From: Octopus vulgaris
Taxonomy: Eukaryota
DNA: 64,000 bases
Reading direction: 5' to 3'
Assembly (NCBI GenBank): GCA_951406725.2
Contig: OX597817.1
Span: forward strand, 59,582,001 to 59,646,000
Position 1 is the first letter of the stretch. Every line of letters begins with the position of its first letter. A program made the position numbers and the translations under genes. Positions 24,717 to 38,838 of this stretch are shown one piece after another. The notes beneath the pieces were generated by a model, which saw only the letters and a program-made list of their open reading frames with translations, was not told the DNA's origin and searched no databases.

Positions 24717-26523
24717 GTAAGTGTTTGCAGGGGGCAGGGGGAAATTTTGTATGTTGACACATATGGGTTCATGTGATAAGTGTAGGAGGTCATTTACATG
24801 CATGGGGGTGGGTGGACGGTGTTGCTTGGTTTATGTTCCTTTTCATTGACATCTATTGTCATAGGTTGATAGTATTGCAAAGACAGTTACTCAACCATTT
24901 CTGCTGTGATAGGCTGCTTCTAGAAGCAAGTTCCTTACCCCCAAATACACTTACCATGTCTCCGCTCATGGATACACCACAAAGGAAAAATAAGTCAATA
25001 GGTTCACAACATCCATAGAGCTGCAGGGGATGCCAAATATTGGTTAAGTATAATTGTACATATCTGCTTGAACATCCTGGCAGCTGGGTTTTAAAATGTT
25101 AATTGTGGAAATGAAGGATCAGATAAAGTGTTTAAAGAGCAGAGATGAATCAACAATGTACTTTAGTGTGTTAAATTATGCAGCTGTATATCTTACCATT
25201 TATGAATATAATTTGAAAAATATATTTTGGGGCTCTTGAATGTTGGAAATAAGATACATGTGGTTCTTTTTGTTTGACAGTTTGGCCACTTCTAATATAT
25301 AATGTGTGTATAAGTGCAGATGCTGGTGGCATGCAAAAAGCACCCATCCAGATCATCATCATCATCATCAAGCACCTAGTACATTCTGTAAAGTGGTTGA
25401 CATTAGGAAGGGCATCCAGCTGTAGCAACCATGCCAAAACCCACGACTGGAACCTGGTGCGGCTCTCCAGCCTGGCCAGCTTGGAAAACAGGCATTAAAT
25501 GATGAATCATTTGACACCTACTTTTCCATCCTTCTATAGAGGGAATTTGTTGAGGTGGATTTTTGATGCCTGGGTACCCTTCCTGTCACTGACCCTCACT
25601 TGTTTCTATGCAAGGTAATATTTCCCCATCATCAGACATCTTTTTCTGTGGAAGATTACAAACGAACAACACTGCTTGTGTGACAGTGATGCTCATTTAC
25701 AACGTCATGTTATGTCTGGACAAGAGTACCACACACACACACACACATGTATGCATATATATATATATACACTCTCGGAGTGGTTGGCGTTAGGAAGGGC
25801 ATCCAGCTGTAGAAACACTGCCAGATCTGACTGGCCTGGTGCAGCCTTCGGGCTCCCCAGACCCCAGTTGAACCGTCCAACCCATGCTAGCATGGAAAAC
25901 GGACGCTAAATGATGATGATGATGATAAAAATAAATATGTAGAGTTAGAGAGAGGGAGAGCATCTAATACACCTGCTTGTTGTTTATACACTTGTCTTTG
26001 TCTTTTGTTTTTTCTGTAAATTTCAACTATATATAGGTAATGAAAATTTATAGAGGTGAACTCTTTTCAAGAAACAACAGCAGATGCTCAATTCATTGAG
26101 CGATTAGATTAAAGTATTAATTTGAAAGAGACAAGTCCCAAGGTCAATGATACTCCTCATCAAAACCGACACATATCTAAACACTTTATAAGCGTGCAAA
26201 CACACAACATACAAAAACATATATATACATATAATAGTGTAATTTTGTACCCAAATCCAAATCGGATAAGTAATTGCAATTACTTATCCAACTCTGATTT
26301 GGGCACGGAATTATGCTATTATATGTATATATATGTTATATGTTTGCATGCTTATAATGGCTGGATATGTGTCGGCTTTGATAAGGACTATTACTGACCT
26401 TGGAACTTGTCTCTTTCAAATTAATACTTTAATGTATGTATATATATATTTTTTTTTTTTTTTTTTTCAGTGCGAATCGTTTGTTATTACAGTGCCTTGC
26501 TTTACAATTCTGTAAATAATGAT

Positions 26524-26739
26524 AATGGTATTTTTATGTAAGCTTAAAGCTTATGGTGTTCACCATGCAATGACTAAGGAAAATAGTCTAATAAAGAGGC
26601 ATATATACCCCTTTATTAGACCATTAGAAAGCAACCTTCTTTTCTCTGTCAAGGGCTTATATGCCCCTTTATTAGACTATTTTCCTTAGTCATTGCATGG
26701 TGATTGCCATGAGCTTTAAACTTACATGAAAATAGCATT
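26524..26739. repeat. Fold-back element with ~88-bp inverted arms next to (TA)n
   Basis: 26524-26612 is the reverse complement of 26651-26739 with a few mismatches. Confidence 0.85.
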
Positions 26740-26754
26740 TATATATAATATATA

Positions 26755-26798
<44 letters not shown>

Positions 26799-26956
26799 TA
26801 CATACATACATACAATGTGTTTTTTCTAGTTTCCATTTACCAAATCCACTCACAAAGCTTTCAGAAGACACTTGCCTAAGGTGCCTCATAGTGGGACTGA
26901 ACTTGAGACCACTTGGTTGGGAAGTAATCTTCTTAACTCACAACATACCACCTGCA

Positions 26957-27003
<47 letters not shown>

Positions 27004-28149
27004 CATACAGTGGATTGAAGGAGATTCCACTGCAATTTCTAGCAGGTCAAGTATATCAGATCAAAGCTCTCCATTTGCACAGATTTGACATTACGCTTAA
27101 CAACAACAACAAAAAGTTGTTCAACATCAAAGAAACAACAGTCTTTTGTTTCTCTGTTTATCTTGACTCTCTCCCCTTCCCTCCCTCTCTCTATGTTTCT
27201 GCATGCTAGTTAGTATGTGTGTGTGTGTATTTGCATATGCATATCGATCTCCGTGTTTGCATATGCATATCAATGTTTGTGTGTGTGTCTGTGTTTTTTA
27301 TCCTTCTTTCAGTTTAGCTTCATTTCTATTCTTTTCTCCTGTTCTTTTCCCATGTGTGTGTTCAGCCACATTTCATTACAGATATATAATGTCACTAGCT
27401 TCTCTGACTTTGTGTCTGTCTCTTTATCCTTCTGCTTTTTTCCTTTCTCTATATTTCGTTTCCTTACAAACTTTCATCTTATTCTAAGAACTGTGTAGCC
27501 CTTTCTTTGTGTTTATCTCCCCTTATCTCTGTGTCCCTTTCACTGTGTGTGTGTGGTGGGATGCATGTATTGTTTGTTAAGTGGCATAAATTTTTTGAAG
27601 GTGGTTGACCAGAAGGGAAGGTTGTGTTGGAAATAGAGACAGACAGACAGACAATTAAAGGCTAAGAAAAATAGACGGTAACAGGTACCTACAGGAAGTA
27701 GAGGTTGCTAGCTAGAAAGAGATACAAAAGCAAACATGGCAGAAGGTTAGATAGAGAAGTATAATGAAAGAGAGGACAATGGAGAGATAGGAGGAGCCAT
27801 AAAAAGGCAGAGTCGTATTAGGAAATAGAGACTGGTAGAAGTAGGGTTGCTGGCTAGGAAGAGATATAAAGATATATATAGAGTGAGAGAGAGATACAAA
27901 GAAATAATGGATTAGTAACAGCCATTTGAACTCTCTTTAATGTACAAAATGCATTGGAGGGAAACAAGCACAAAGAATATAAAAGGGTGATAGTGTGTGT
28001 GTGTTATATATGCACAGTAATATTGAACAGTGAGAATGATTGTGCAACACCTCATTGGTGAATAAATATTCCTTATTTGTGGTTTAAGAAGTCTACCAAT
28101 TGTTTCAGGCGAACCATTTGTAGCTTAGTTAACCTGCAAATAAAGTTAT

Positions 28150-28543
28150 ATCATCATCATTTAACATCCGCTTTCCATGCGAGCATGGGTTGGATGATTT
28201 GACTGAGGTCTGGCGAATCAGACTCCAATCTTGATCTGGGTGAATTTCTACAGCTGGATGCCCTTCATAATGCCAACCACTCTGAGAATGTAATGAGTGC
28301 TTTTATGTGCCACTGGCACGAGGGTCAGTTTGGTGGTACTGGCAACGACCTCGCTCGAATGTTTCACGTGCTACCAGCACAAGTGCTAGTAAGGCGATGC
28401 AGTAACAATCACGCTCGAATGGTGTGTTTAACGTGCCATCGGCACGAAGGCTAGCTTGTTGCTCTGGCAACTATCTCACTTGTATGGTACTCTTAACGCT
28501 CCACTAGCAATGGATGCCAGTCACCGAGCTTGATTTCGACTTC
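28150..28543 (-). mobile_element. RTE-type 3' tail element
   Basis: Same subfamily as 11658-12122. Confidence 0.8.
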
Positions 28544-29521
28544 ACTGCCCCAGCATGGCCACAGCCTCAAGGCTGAAACATATAAAAGAATATGCAATAA
28601 AATCTCCATAAACTAGAAACCCTTAAACAAATATTACCTTTACCAGAATTAGAATCCCTTTGAAGAACAATCACAATATCTGTGTATGGTATAATATATA
28701 CAACAGGACAACCATAAATGAAGAACCATTTAATAAGTTCAACTCTATGAGAACTAGAATTTCAATGAAGAACAACTTAGAACCATGAGGAAGACTCACA
28801 GTTAACAAGTACATCAAACATATATATCCATCATCAGCTGCCTAATGGATATCATTTTGGTTTCGACACTTGGGCAGTATCATTCAATCTGGCAGTTATA
28901 TATATTGTGTGTGTGTGGTGAGAGAGATAGACTGGTAGATTGATTGATGTAATGGCTACATAAACTTTATTAAGTTAATGCTGAATTTAAAATTTTGGAA
29001 ATTCCAGGGTGTTGCAAGCAGTTCTGGTGAAAAAGTAATTGAGGAAGTAGTGAGGGATGTTTGTGTAGTCTCAGATGTTGTGGCAGAGCAGGGCAGGGTT
29101 TTTTTTTTTTTTTTACCTTGTAATTTATCAATTAAAGGTGTGTGTGTGTGTAAACAAACTTTTCCAACTTATCGTTTAATGTCTCTTGCTACACAAAGAC
29201 AACATCAGTCGGTAAAACATGTATTTGATGACATATAAAACCCATTTTTTTCCTTTCAAAAAATTGTTTTAAAAAATCACTCCAGGTCCTATATGTGAAG
29301 TTGAGCCTCTCATAAGCTAATTTTCTCCCTCACACTGTTTTCCCTGAATATGTGCTACTGAAATTGGAGTGTATCTAACAAGCTCAAATATGTTTTATGC
29401 CATCAGATGTAATCTTTTAGATTAATAATCCTTTTGGCCAACTACTAACTGGACTGTTAACCCATTTCTCAGTAAAGAAATGGTTCCCTTTAAAATGAAT
29501 CTCTCAATTATATTTTTCCAG

Positions 29522-29628
29522 GAACTCCACAGTCTTTTAAAAGAACTCGGCACAAGATTGATGATCTCTATATTGTACAAGTGCCACCAAAGAAACAGAA
29601 AATTGGTAGAAACGATGGAACTGGATTG
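29522..29628 (+). CDS. ZMYND8: ZMYND8 exon with basic NLS-like motif (PPKKQK)
   Basis: tatttttccag acceptor, TTG|GTAAAT donor. 107 nt bridges phase 1 to phase 0 as required. Encodes GTPQSFKRTRHKIDDLYIVQVPPKKQKIGRNDGTGL. Confidence 0.8.
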
Positions 29629-30304
29629 GTAAATGTCTGTTAAATTTTGTTGCTGCTGCTATCCTTGTTGTTGTTGTTGTTGTTGTGGTAGCCTTGTCCA
29701 TCTCGGCAGATGAATCGAAGAATTTGATCTGTGCTTCGAGCTGTGAATATTCTGTCTTTGTTGTGTGCATGTTAAATCATTCGGTCTTCATGATTCCACG
29801 TAAAGACTAAGTCTTTGGTAATGCCTCCAACAACCTAATAAATGTTGCAAAACATTTTCATTAAATTCAATAATTCCTCTAAATGTTCAAATATTTTTGT
29901 TTTCTTTTACCTTGTGATCCCACTAGTGCTGATGCCCTACAAAAAAGGCACACAGTACACTCTGTAAAGGGATTGGCATCAGGAAGGGCATCCGGCTGTA
30001 GAAACCCATCCAACCTTTGAGGAAGAGGATGAGGATTGACACACAAGGACACACTCATTAACCATTCCATTCAATCCCTATATATAATTAATACTTGATT
30101 TATTAATTCCTGCCCTACTTTTTCAACTGTCTGCAGTTAACTTTGGAAGCTCCTCTGTTTTATGTTGTATGTCTCTGCCAATAAAATCAACACTATGTAG
30201 TGGTGTTCATCCTTTAATAGGGTGTGGAACTCTCTAAAATATAACTCCTGGTGTTCAGCACGATAGTAGCGGCCAGCAAAGTCCTTACCCTGCAACGTGA
30301 TTGA

Positions 30305-30650
30305 CACCAGGACCGCCTAACTGGCCCCCATGCCGGTGGCACATAAAAAGCACCATCCGAACGTGGCTGATGCCAGGACCACCTGACTGGCTCCTGTTCT
30401 GGTGGCACGTAAAAAGCACTATCCAAATGTGATCGATGTCAGGCCCACCTGACTGGCTCCTGTGCCTGTGGCACGTAATAAGCACCCACTACATTCTCAG
30501 AGTGGTTGGTGTTCGGAATGGCATCCCAGTTGTAGAAACATTGCCTGATCAGATTGGAGCCTGGTGCAGCCGCTGGCTCTCCAGACCTCAGTCAAACCAT
30601 CCAACCCATGCCAGCATGGAAAACGGACGTTAAATGATGATGCTGATGAT
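30305..30650 (+). mobile_element. RTE-type 3' tail element
   Basis: gtgcc-ggt-ggcac-aaaaagcacc repeats and terminus ccaacccatgccagcatggaaaacggacgttaaatgatgatg. Confidence 0.82.
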
Positions 30651-32077
30651 GGGTGGGATATGTCCATAAATCTTTTCTTCAGTCTTCTGCTCACACTATG
30701 AGATATTTTGAGCCCTTGTGAGAAGCCTGGGGCACTCACCATCAGAGTGACCTTACAGCTTCTTCTTCATAGTCCAGATTTGTGATTCATGGAGAAGAAT
30801 GCTCTCTACACGCACCCTGAAGAAGGCCATCTTTATTGACTTTGAAATACTTGCTTACCAGAGGCTACGTGACAGAGCTGCTCTTAACAGGACATTAGAA
30901 AATAATTGAATTTGAACTCTGAATTATTATTTTTGGTTTAACATCCGCAGTCTTCTACCCAGCCAGGTCCTGTCAAACCCTAACCCATCCCAGCATGGAA
31001 AGCGTATCTTGGTTTTCCATGCTTGCATGGGCCAGACAGAATTTGTTGCTACAAATTTTCTATGGCTTGATACCCTTCCTGTTGCCAAACTTCAGCTGTT
31101 TCCAAGTTAAGTAATATTCCCCCCTATGACCAGACATGTTTTCACAGAAGATTGGAAATTAATGACATGGGTTGTGTGACAATAGCACTTGTTTGCAACT
31201 ATCACATGATGTCATGACAAGGAGACACAAACATACACTCACATGTTTACTCACACAGGCACACACATAGCTCAATGGTTTTACAATCGTGAGGTTGTAA
31301 GTTCGATTCCAGGCTGTGTTGTGTTCTTGAGCAAACACTTTATTTTTCACATTGTTCCTGTTCACTCAGCTGTAGAAATGAGTTGCAAATCACTGGTGCC
31401 AAACTGTATCGGCCCCTTAGCCTTTCCCTTGGATAACATTGGTGGCATAGAGAGGGGAGGCTGGTATACATGAGCGACTGCTGACCTTCCATAAAACAAC
31501 CTTGCCCTGACTTGTGCCTGGGAGGGTTCATTCATGACCGAAAGGGGTCTTTCACAGTGTCTGTGTACCAAATCCAGTCACAAGGATTTGATCAGCCTGG
31601 ATCTATTCTAGAAAACTGAAACCAAAACCCTGTGGTTGGAAAGCAAGCTTCTTAGCACACAGCCATTGTATTAAGTTAATCCAGTCGTCTGCTGTTTATT
31701 CCTTTTTACTGCCTTCAATGGTGGAACAATATCAATACATTGAAGAATGTTGATTCGTCGTGCCATGCATCAGTACAAGAATAAAATCATTGTGATTGTG
31801 AATATGGCAGACTGGCAATCCCAGAAGAAATTCTTTGTCTTGCATATTACAGAATTTGGACAGCACCGAGTGATATTTGATGAAGATAGCTTCATTAACA
31901 TGAGTGATGTGACATTATATTCCTGGAAATCTAAAGAACATAGAAAAACTTGTGAATAAATGCTAAAAGCATGCCTTAGTCATTTTTGTTCTCTGCTGTT
32001 TTTCTTCATTTCATTTTTGTTATTATTTGCACATTTTTTATTGATATGTATTTGTTTTTTGTTTTGTTTTTTTGCAG

Positions 32078-32221
32078 AATAACAAGAATGATTATTTTTG
32101 CTGGCTGTGTCATCGAGATGGGGAAGTTGTTTGTTGTGAATTATGTCCTCGAGTATACCATATCAAATGTCTTGGACTTGATGAGCCATTCCCTGAAGTC
32201 TGGGTCTGTCCTGAATGTGAG
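32078..32221 (+). CDS. ZMYND8: ZMYND8 PHD finger exon
   Basis: [48 protein letters not shown] (C4HC3). ttttgcag / GAG|GTAAAT. Confidence 0.96.
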
Positions 32222-32246
32222 GTAAATGGAAATATTTGACACATAC

Positions 32247-32304
<58 letters not shown>

Positions 32305-32308
<4 letters not shown>

Positions 32309-32590
32309 TTAGGGCAGCGGACTCGCGGTCATAGGATCACGGTTTCGATTCCCAGACCGGGCATTGGAAGTGTTTATTGAGCAAAAACTCCTAAAACTCC
32401 ACGAAGTTCCAGCAGCGGCGGGTGGCGATCCCTGCTGTACTCTTTCGCCACAACTTTCTTCTCACTCTTTCTTCTGTTGGCCTGCTCGCTTAGCCACCAG
32501 GGTAACGTCATTTGAAGGCTAAAACAATGCGAAGCGCATTGTGACCAGCGATGTTAGCAACATCTGATAGCCTGGTCAGTCACGGTGATA
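32305..32590 (+). mobile_element. Family C SINE inserted in (TA)n
   Basis: Head matches the reverse complement of 61850-62010 (box B gtttcgattcc) but the tail differs. Confidence 0.75.
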
Positions 32591-33226
32591 TATATGTATA
32601 TATATATATTGATATATATGGTAAGACAACAAAAGAATGAAAGAGACCTCGATATTATGTAAATAGAGGAATTTATCTGTAAATGTAATAACCGAATAAT
32701 TGTCACATCACATATTACATTTACAGATATATATATATATATATATAGTGTTTGTATAAAGCCAGTGATTCAGTCTGTATCTACTTGAAACTTAATGTGT
32801 CTGGCTACCTCCCAGTGAGTCACTTCAGCATTGTCTGCTGATTGCTTTGAATAAAACCCTGAGTCGTCGTCATTGTTTTAGCGTCCACTTGAAACAACCT
32901 TTCAGTCGTTCTGCCAACATGTTTCTGACATAGGGTTAATTAGCTCAAATGGTCATTGTTGGTTACACAATTTTTCTTGAAGATGTAAATGTATATCATC
33001 TTCATCATTATCGTTTAAGGTCCACTTTCCATGCTGGCATGGGTTGGATGGTTTGACAGAGAGCTGTCCAGACTCCAGCTGTCTGTTTTGGCATAGTTTC
33101 TATGGATGGATATCCTTCCTAACACCAATATATATAATAAGTAATATTAGGGAGTATAACTCCAAACTTACAGGGAAAAATTCGATTTAGTATTAAATCA
33201 AATTTCACAATATAAATATATATAAA

Positions 33227-33363
33227 TTAGAGAAAAACCACTATTATGCAATTCAAACAATGATAGATATAAAGCAAATGTTTTATAATATATTTTATTT
33301 TTTCTTTATGATTTGGTTTATGTCTATCATTGTTTGAATTGCATAATAGTGGTTTTTCTCTAA
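33227..33363. repeat. Fold-back with ~53-bp inverted arms
   Basis: ttagagaaaaaccactattatgcaattcaaacaatgatag pairs with its reverse complement ending at 33363. Confidence 0.85.
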
Positions 33364-34152
33364 AAAGGGTCTAAGGGTAACTATAAAAATATTTCCCTTT
33401 GAAATTACTCTTATTTGTGGTTTGTGCTTTAATTGCCCTTTGCAGCATGTAAGGTGTCCTGTTAAAGATCACCTCTTTTGTATATAAATACGTACATTAT
33501 CTTATATGAGAAATATATGTTTATGTGTGGACAGAGTGGTCTGTATTAGAGAAAGGGGTTCTGAAAGCATAATAGGCAAGAATAGGGTGAATCAAGTTTA
33601 GGGAGCTATTACCTCAGCTGACAACAAGGAGATTGTACAATGCTTGTATATGAAGTGCAGTGATGCATGATAATAGCAGCTCTGAATGCAGCGAATGTGT
33701 GAAGATTGGAATGATGTGAAACGTGCGTGCTCGTCTGATTGTGTAAATATTAATGTGGATGAATGACATGGCACAGATGAGATAAGAGAAGAACTGGGTT
33801 TATAAGAGGAATTAGGTGTAGAATGTGAAAAAGATGGTATGGACTTGTAGTGTACTTGGGTAAAGAAATGTCAAGAGTTCCATGTTGAATGAAACGGTGA
33901 AAGAGAAAAGTCTGAAGAAGACAAAAGGAACAAGTGGGAGGAAACTGATCTCAGGAGGGGGAACTTCATGAAGGAGATGGTAAAGGAACACAGCAAATAG
34001 TGAAATGCTGATTTGAAAAGAAGGAATCCCCAGACTCATGCAAGCAAGGAAAAGCAGATGTAAAAATGATGATGCCTAAAAATATGCCAAAGAACTACAC
34101 AGTTGGTGCATTAAAGTGTGTTATGGCCAACTTAATTTTCCCTCTGTTGTGT

Positions 34153-34224
<72 letters not shown>

Positions 34225-34270
34225 TTTTATCTAATTTATGTCCAAACTTTCCCATATCTCTTCTTTACAG

Positions 34271-34384
34271 AAAATTATGAGAGCTGAATGCATTAACACA
34301 AGATCCAAGGCAATGTCTATGATATCTCATGAACAGTTTTGTGTTCTTCTGAAGTATGCTCTGAACAGAATGAAACACCAATCA
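34271..34384 (+). CDS. ZMYND8: ZMYND8 exon, PHD-bromo linker and bromodomain helix Z
   Basis: KIMRAECINTRSKAMSMISHEQFCVLLKYALNRMKHQS. tttacag / TCA|GTGAGT. Confidence 0.95.
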
Positions 34385-34989
34385 GTGAGTTTCTGCTTTT
34401 CTCTCTCCCTCCCACTCTCTGCTGCTGCTATCAGTAGTGGTACCACCTAATTAATAAACGTTTCCTTAATTAAAATTGGTCAGTTGTAACCAGGGGTGGA
34501 TTTAGACCCCATGACTATTACAAACCATTGATAAATACTCCTGACTGTGTGATATAACATGGTTGTCCTCGCAGCAGATACATCTATCAAGGAACTACCA
34601 TATAGTCTCACTTTACTGCACCAATCTCTCTCTTAGATTTGGTCTGAGAGAGAATTATTCGAGGATCAATTGGGTAAGTACCAGTCATGTGCTGGGGTCC
34701 ATTTCCCCACCTGCTCAGACTGTAGCATTGTGCCAGTTTGGAGTTCAAGTAGAGCTCTGGATAAAATGTTTTACCATTTTTGTTTATATTACTTTCTTGT
34801 GTATCCGAATTTTAATGAGTTTAATTGTTAATTCATTAACTCTTCCAGAGTTAATAAAATAAATAGCAATACCGGTTAAATGCTGGGGTCGAGTTTAGAC
34901 ATCCTCCTAAAAATATTTGACCATGTAAGAATATTAAAAATCATGATTTTCATCACAGAAGAATTATTGCTATTTTCTTCTTTGACATC

Positions 34990-35021
<32 letters not shown>

Positions 35022-35207
35022 CATTATTAGAGCTGGCTGAATTGTTAGCCTGCCAGACAAAATGCTTCTTGGCATTTCATCTGGTTTTATGTTCTGAGTT
35101 CAAATTCCACTGAGGTCAATGAAATAAGTACCAATGAAGAATTGGAGTTGATGTGACCGACTAGCTCCCTTCCTCAACACTTTAGGCCTTGTGCCTTTAG
35201 TACAAAG

Positions 35208-35208
35208 G

Positions 35209-35240
<32 letters not shown>

Positions 35241-35296
35241 CATCGTTATTATTATTATCATCGTTATTATTATTATTATTATTATTATCGTCATCA

Positions 35297-35340
<44 letters not shown>

Positions 35341-35362
35341 GTTATTATTATTGTTGTTTATT
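35208..35362. repeat. Long (ATT/ATC)n microsatellite between tandem SINE A copies
   Basis: Seen directly. Confidence 0.95.
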
Positions 35363-35621
35363 AATGTGGAGAGCTGACAGAATTGTTAGCACGCCAGGCA
35401 AAATGCTTTGTGACCTTTCATCCATCCTTTCGTTTTGAATTCAAATCCCGACAAGGTCCTCTTTGCCTTTCGTCCTTTCAGAGTTGATAAATTAATACCA
35501 GTGAAACCCTGGGGTTGACCTAATTGACTAGGCCTCCTTCTCCCAAGTTTCAGGCCTTGTGCCTTTTGTAGTAATTATTATTATTATTGATGTTGTTTCT
35601 TTTTTCTGTTCCATTTTCCAG

Positions 35622-35714
35622 AGTTCTCCATTCCGTCAACCAGTAGATTTATGTGCGGTACCCAATTACCATGATTTTATTTACCATCCAATGGATCTGA
35701 ACACAGTTGAAAAG
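35622..35714 (+). CDS. ZMYND8: ZMYND8 bromodomain exon (ZA loop)
   Basis: [31 protein letters not shown]. ttttccag / AAG|GTTAGT. Confidence 0.96.
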
Positions 35715-36769
35715 GTTAGTTTCATGGTTCTTCTTTCAGGTTTATGGCAAAAGTTTTTTTGGGGTTTTTTGGGTTTTTTTTGTTTGTTTTGTTAATCATT
35801 CAGTTAATATTTTAGGAACATCTTTTTTGCTGCTAAAGAATTGATATTTTTGGTGGTTGTTGTTTAGGCCCAGATCAGCTCCCTCTCACTTAGCCAGTAA
35901 TCAAAAATGTTCCAGCCATGACCATCATATCTGGGTTTTTTTTAACTCTGCAGGGGATGCTTTGAGGGAAATTTAGGTATTATTTTTAGTAGGATGAGTG
36001 ACCCATTAGGAGTTCCCCACCTCCACCCACACCATAGCTCTCAAGGCCATTTTTCTTCTTTGGGGAACAGCATTTCAGAAAAATCTGTAATTAGATGTGT
36101 GTGTGATGATGATTATCATCATCATTTACCATCCCTGTATGTATATGTGTGTGTGTGTGTGTGTGTCTGCGTGGTAAAAAGCTTGCTTCTCAGCCCACTG
36201 TGTAGCACTTTAGGCAAGTGTCTTCCACTATAGTCTTGGGCCAACCAAAGCCTTGTGAGTGGATTTGGTAGATGGAAACTGAAAGAAGCTCGTTGAATAT
36301 GTTTGTGTGTCTGTGTTTGTCCTCCCACCATTGCTTGACAACCGATGTTGGTGTGTTTACTTCCTCGTAACTTAGCGGTTCGGCAAAAGAGACTGATAGG
36401 ATAAGTACTAGGCTTACAGAGAATAAGTCCTGGAGTCAACTTGTTCCACTAAATGCAGTGCTCCAGCATGGTTGCAGTCAAATAACTGAAGCAAAGAATA
36501 TATACATATATATATGTGCGTGTGTGTGTATAGGCACAGGGATGGTTGTGTGGTTCAGAAACCCACTTTGCAACCAAGTGGTTTCTGTTTCAATCCCACT
36601 GCATGTTACATTGTTCAAGTGTCCTTTTTTTTTAGCTGAAACCAACCAGTGACTTGTGAATGAATTTGGTAGACGGAAACTGTATGGAAACCCATCTTGT
36701 GCCTATATATACGTGTGTGTGTGTGTCTTTTGTTTACTTCCCTGTCACTTAGTGGTTTGGCAAAAATCG

Positions 36770-37040
36770 ATGGCACGTATAAAGCACCATCCGATCGTGG
36801 CCGTTGCCAGCCTCGCCTGGCCCCCGGTCTGGTGGCACGTAAAAAGCACCATCCGACCGTGGCCGTTTGCCAGCCCCGTCCGGCAGCTGTGCCGGTGGCA
36901 CGTAAAAAGCACCCACTACACTCACAGAGTGGTTGTCGTTAGGAAGGGTATCCAGCCGTAGAAACAGTGCCAGACCCCAGTTGAACTGTCCAACCCATGC
37001 TAGCATGGAAAGCAGACGCTAAATGATGATGATGATGATG
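36770..37040 (+). mobile_element. RTE-type 3' tail element inserted into a family B SINE
   Basis: SINE B sequence stops at tttggcaaaa (36765) and resumes gaccaatggaataagta (37040). Confidence 0.75.
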
Positions 37041-37531
37041 ACCAATGGAATAAGTATCAGACTTGAAAATAAGATTGGTCTTGAAGGCCCTGAAAAGAGC
37101 CATGGCTCCTGCTGACTGAACGATGAAAAAATAAAACTTACCTGTTTTTGAGAAAGTAAACCGAAATGGTTACAGCTGGAATATCTTTGATTAGAAATGG
37201 CACTTGCAGAATCTTTCATCAGCGGGAATGCTTTGACTACACATGGCATTTGGGATATCTTTCTTTGACCAGCTGATAATACCTTTGATTAAGGATAGTG
37301 TCTGGTATACCTTTGATTAGGGAAGGCACCTGACGGTAAACGCCAGCAGCAAGAGCATCTATTCTCTTCAGTTCTGTTAATATTTATTATTCTCTTTTCA
37401 TAAATTAAAATAAATTTAGAATTTTAAAATAAATTACATGATGTTTAAAATTTAGAAGGGATCATTATTCTCCCCAAAAAAACCATGCTAATTCCAATTT
37501 TATTTCTCTTTTTCTTCTTTAATTCTTCTAG

Positions 37532-37619
37532 AATATCAAAAATAACAAATATGGCTCCACTGAAGCTTTTTTAGCTGATGTCAAGTGGATCTTACATAAC
37601 TGTATCATATTCAATGGAA
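37532..37619 (+). CDS. ZMYND8: ZMYND8 bromodomain exon (helix B, conserved Asn)
   Basis: [29 protein letters not shown]. ttcttctag / GAA|GTAAGT. Confidence 0.96.
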
Positions 37620-38782
37620 GTAAGTAGACCGATTCTTTTTTTGGTAATAGTATAAGCTGCTGGTATTAATGTCACAATTTAGTGCTGCACTGTAACAATG
37701 TTACAAACTTTTCTTTTTTTTTTTTTTTTTGCTGCAGTATATGCAATTGAGGTTATTTTAATTTAATAAAACAACAGCAACTGGCTTATTGATGGTGTGT
37801 ATACATTATGCCAGATACACAGATGGCTGTTAAAATTTTTTTGTGTATCTCAATACAGACATCTTCATGAATCAGTCTTTGAAACAACATCCTTTAAAAT
37901 TGTCTTCAATTGGTGTCTTGGTTGATATGAAACTTAGACATTAGCAGCAGAACAAGCTAGCTTCTATTGAAATGTAATGTATTCTCTTGTATTTTGACGC
38001 TTTTCCTATAATTGTGCTTATATCTTAAATAGCCAAGGCACAGATTCAATTCCTACAATTGTGGTATTGTTTTTGTTTGATGCACTTCCAGTAGCTAACC
38101 CTTAACTATTTCTCAAGTCAGAAGTTTTTTATTCCATTGGACTTTGAAAGTGGAGAACCAGTGGATGATTTGTTGAGAGAAAATGTCAAAAATACCACCA
38201 TTTGTAGCTGAATGTTTTTTCCGTGCAAAGTGCAGAATGTAAGGCACACATAAAAATAGCAAGATTCCATACAGTTTCCACTCGCCAGACATTGGTTGGA
38301 CTGAAACTGCAGTAGATGACATTTGTGTCTAAGGTGTCATGCAATGAGATAGAATTCAAGATTGTGTGATAGCAAATCTAACTCCGTGTCCACCCAACCA
38401 TGCCTATGCCTTTGAAACCAAGCATGGCTGTGCGCTAAAAAGCTTGCTTCCCAACCATTTGGTCTCAGGATCAATCCTACTGCATGCCACCTTGGGAAAG
38501 TGTCTTCTGGTGTAGTCTTGGGCCAACCGAAACCTTGTGAGTGGATTTGATAGGTGGAAACTGAAAGAAGCTCATTGTGTGTGTGTGTGTGTGTGCATGT
38601 ACGCACATGCATATTGGCAACAGAAAGGGCATTTGGTTACAGAAAATCCACTTCAACAAAATTCCTTCCGACACATGCCAGCAGGGAAAAGTGGATGTTA
38701 AAATGATGGTGTGTGTGTGTGTCTGTTAACCTTGAACATCAATGAGAAAATGATTTTTATTGTGTAATTTGTCTGTCAACAG

Positions 38783-38838
38783 CTCACCATAAACTAACTG
38801 CAAGTGCTAAAATGATCATAAAGATTTGCAAACATGAG
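38783..38838 (+). CDS. ZMYND8: ZMYND8 bromodomain helix C exon
   Basis: (T)HHKLTASAKMIIKICKHE. caacag / GAG|GTAAGT. Confidence 0.94.

Noticed and set aside
30815-30875. Hammerhead-like CTGAAGAAGGCC...TGAAAT
   Set aside because: Stem II is imperfect and there is no stem III, NUH site or stem I. At best a decayed remnant.
32110-32140. Apparent frameshift in the PHD exon, since the ORF track shows another frame
   Set aside because: The sequence reads gat ggg gaa gtt gtt tgt tgt, so the PHD frame is continuous. The listed ORF 31986-32225 is simply off-frame.
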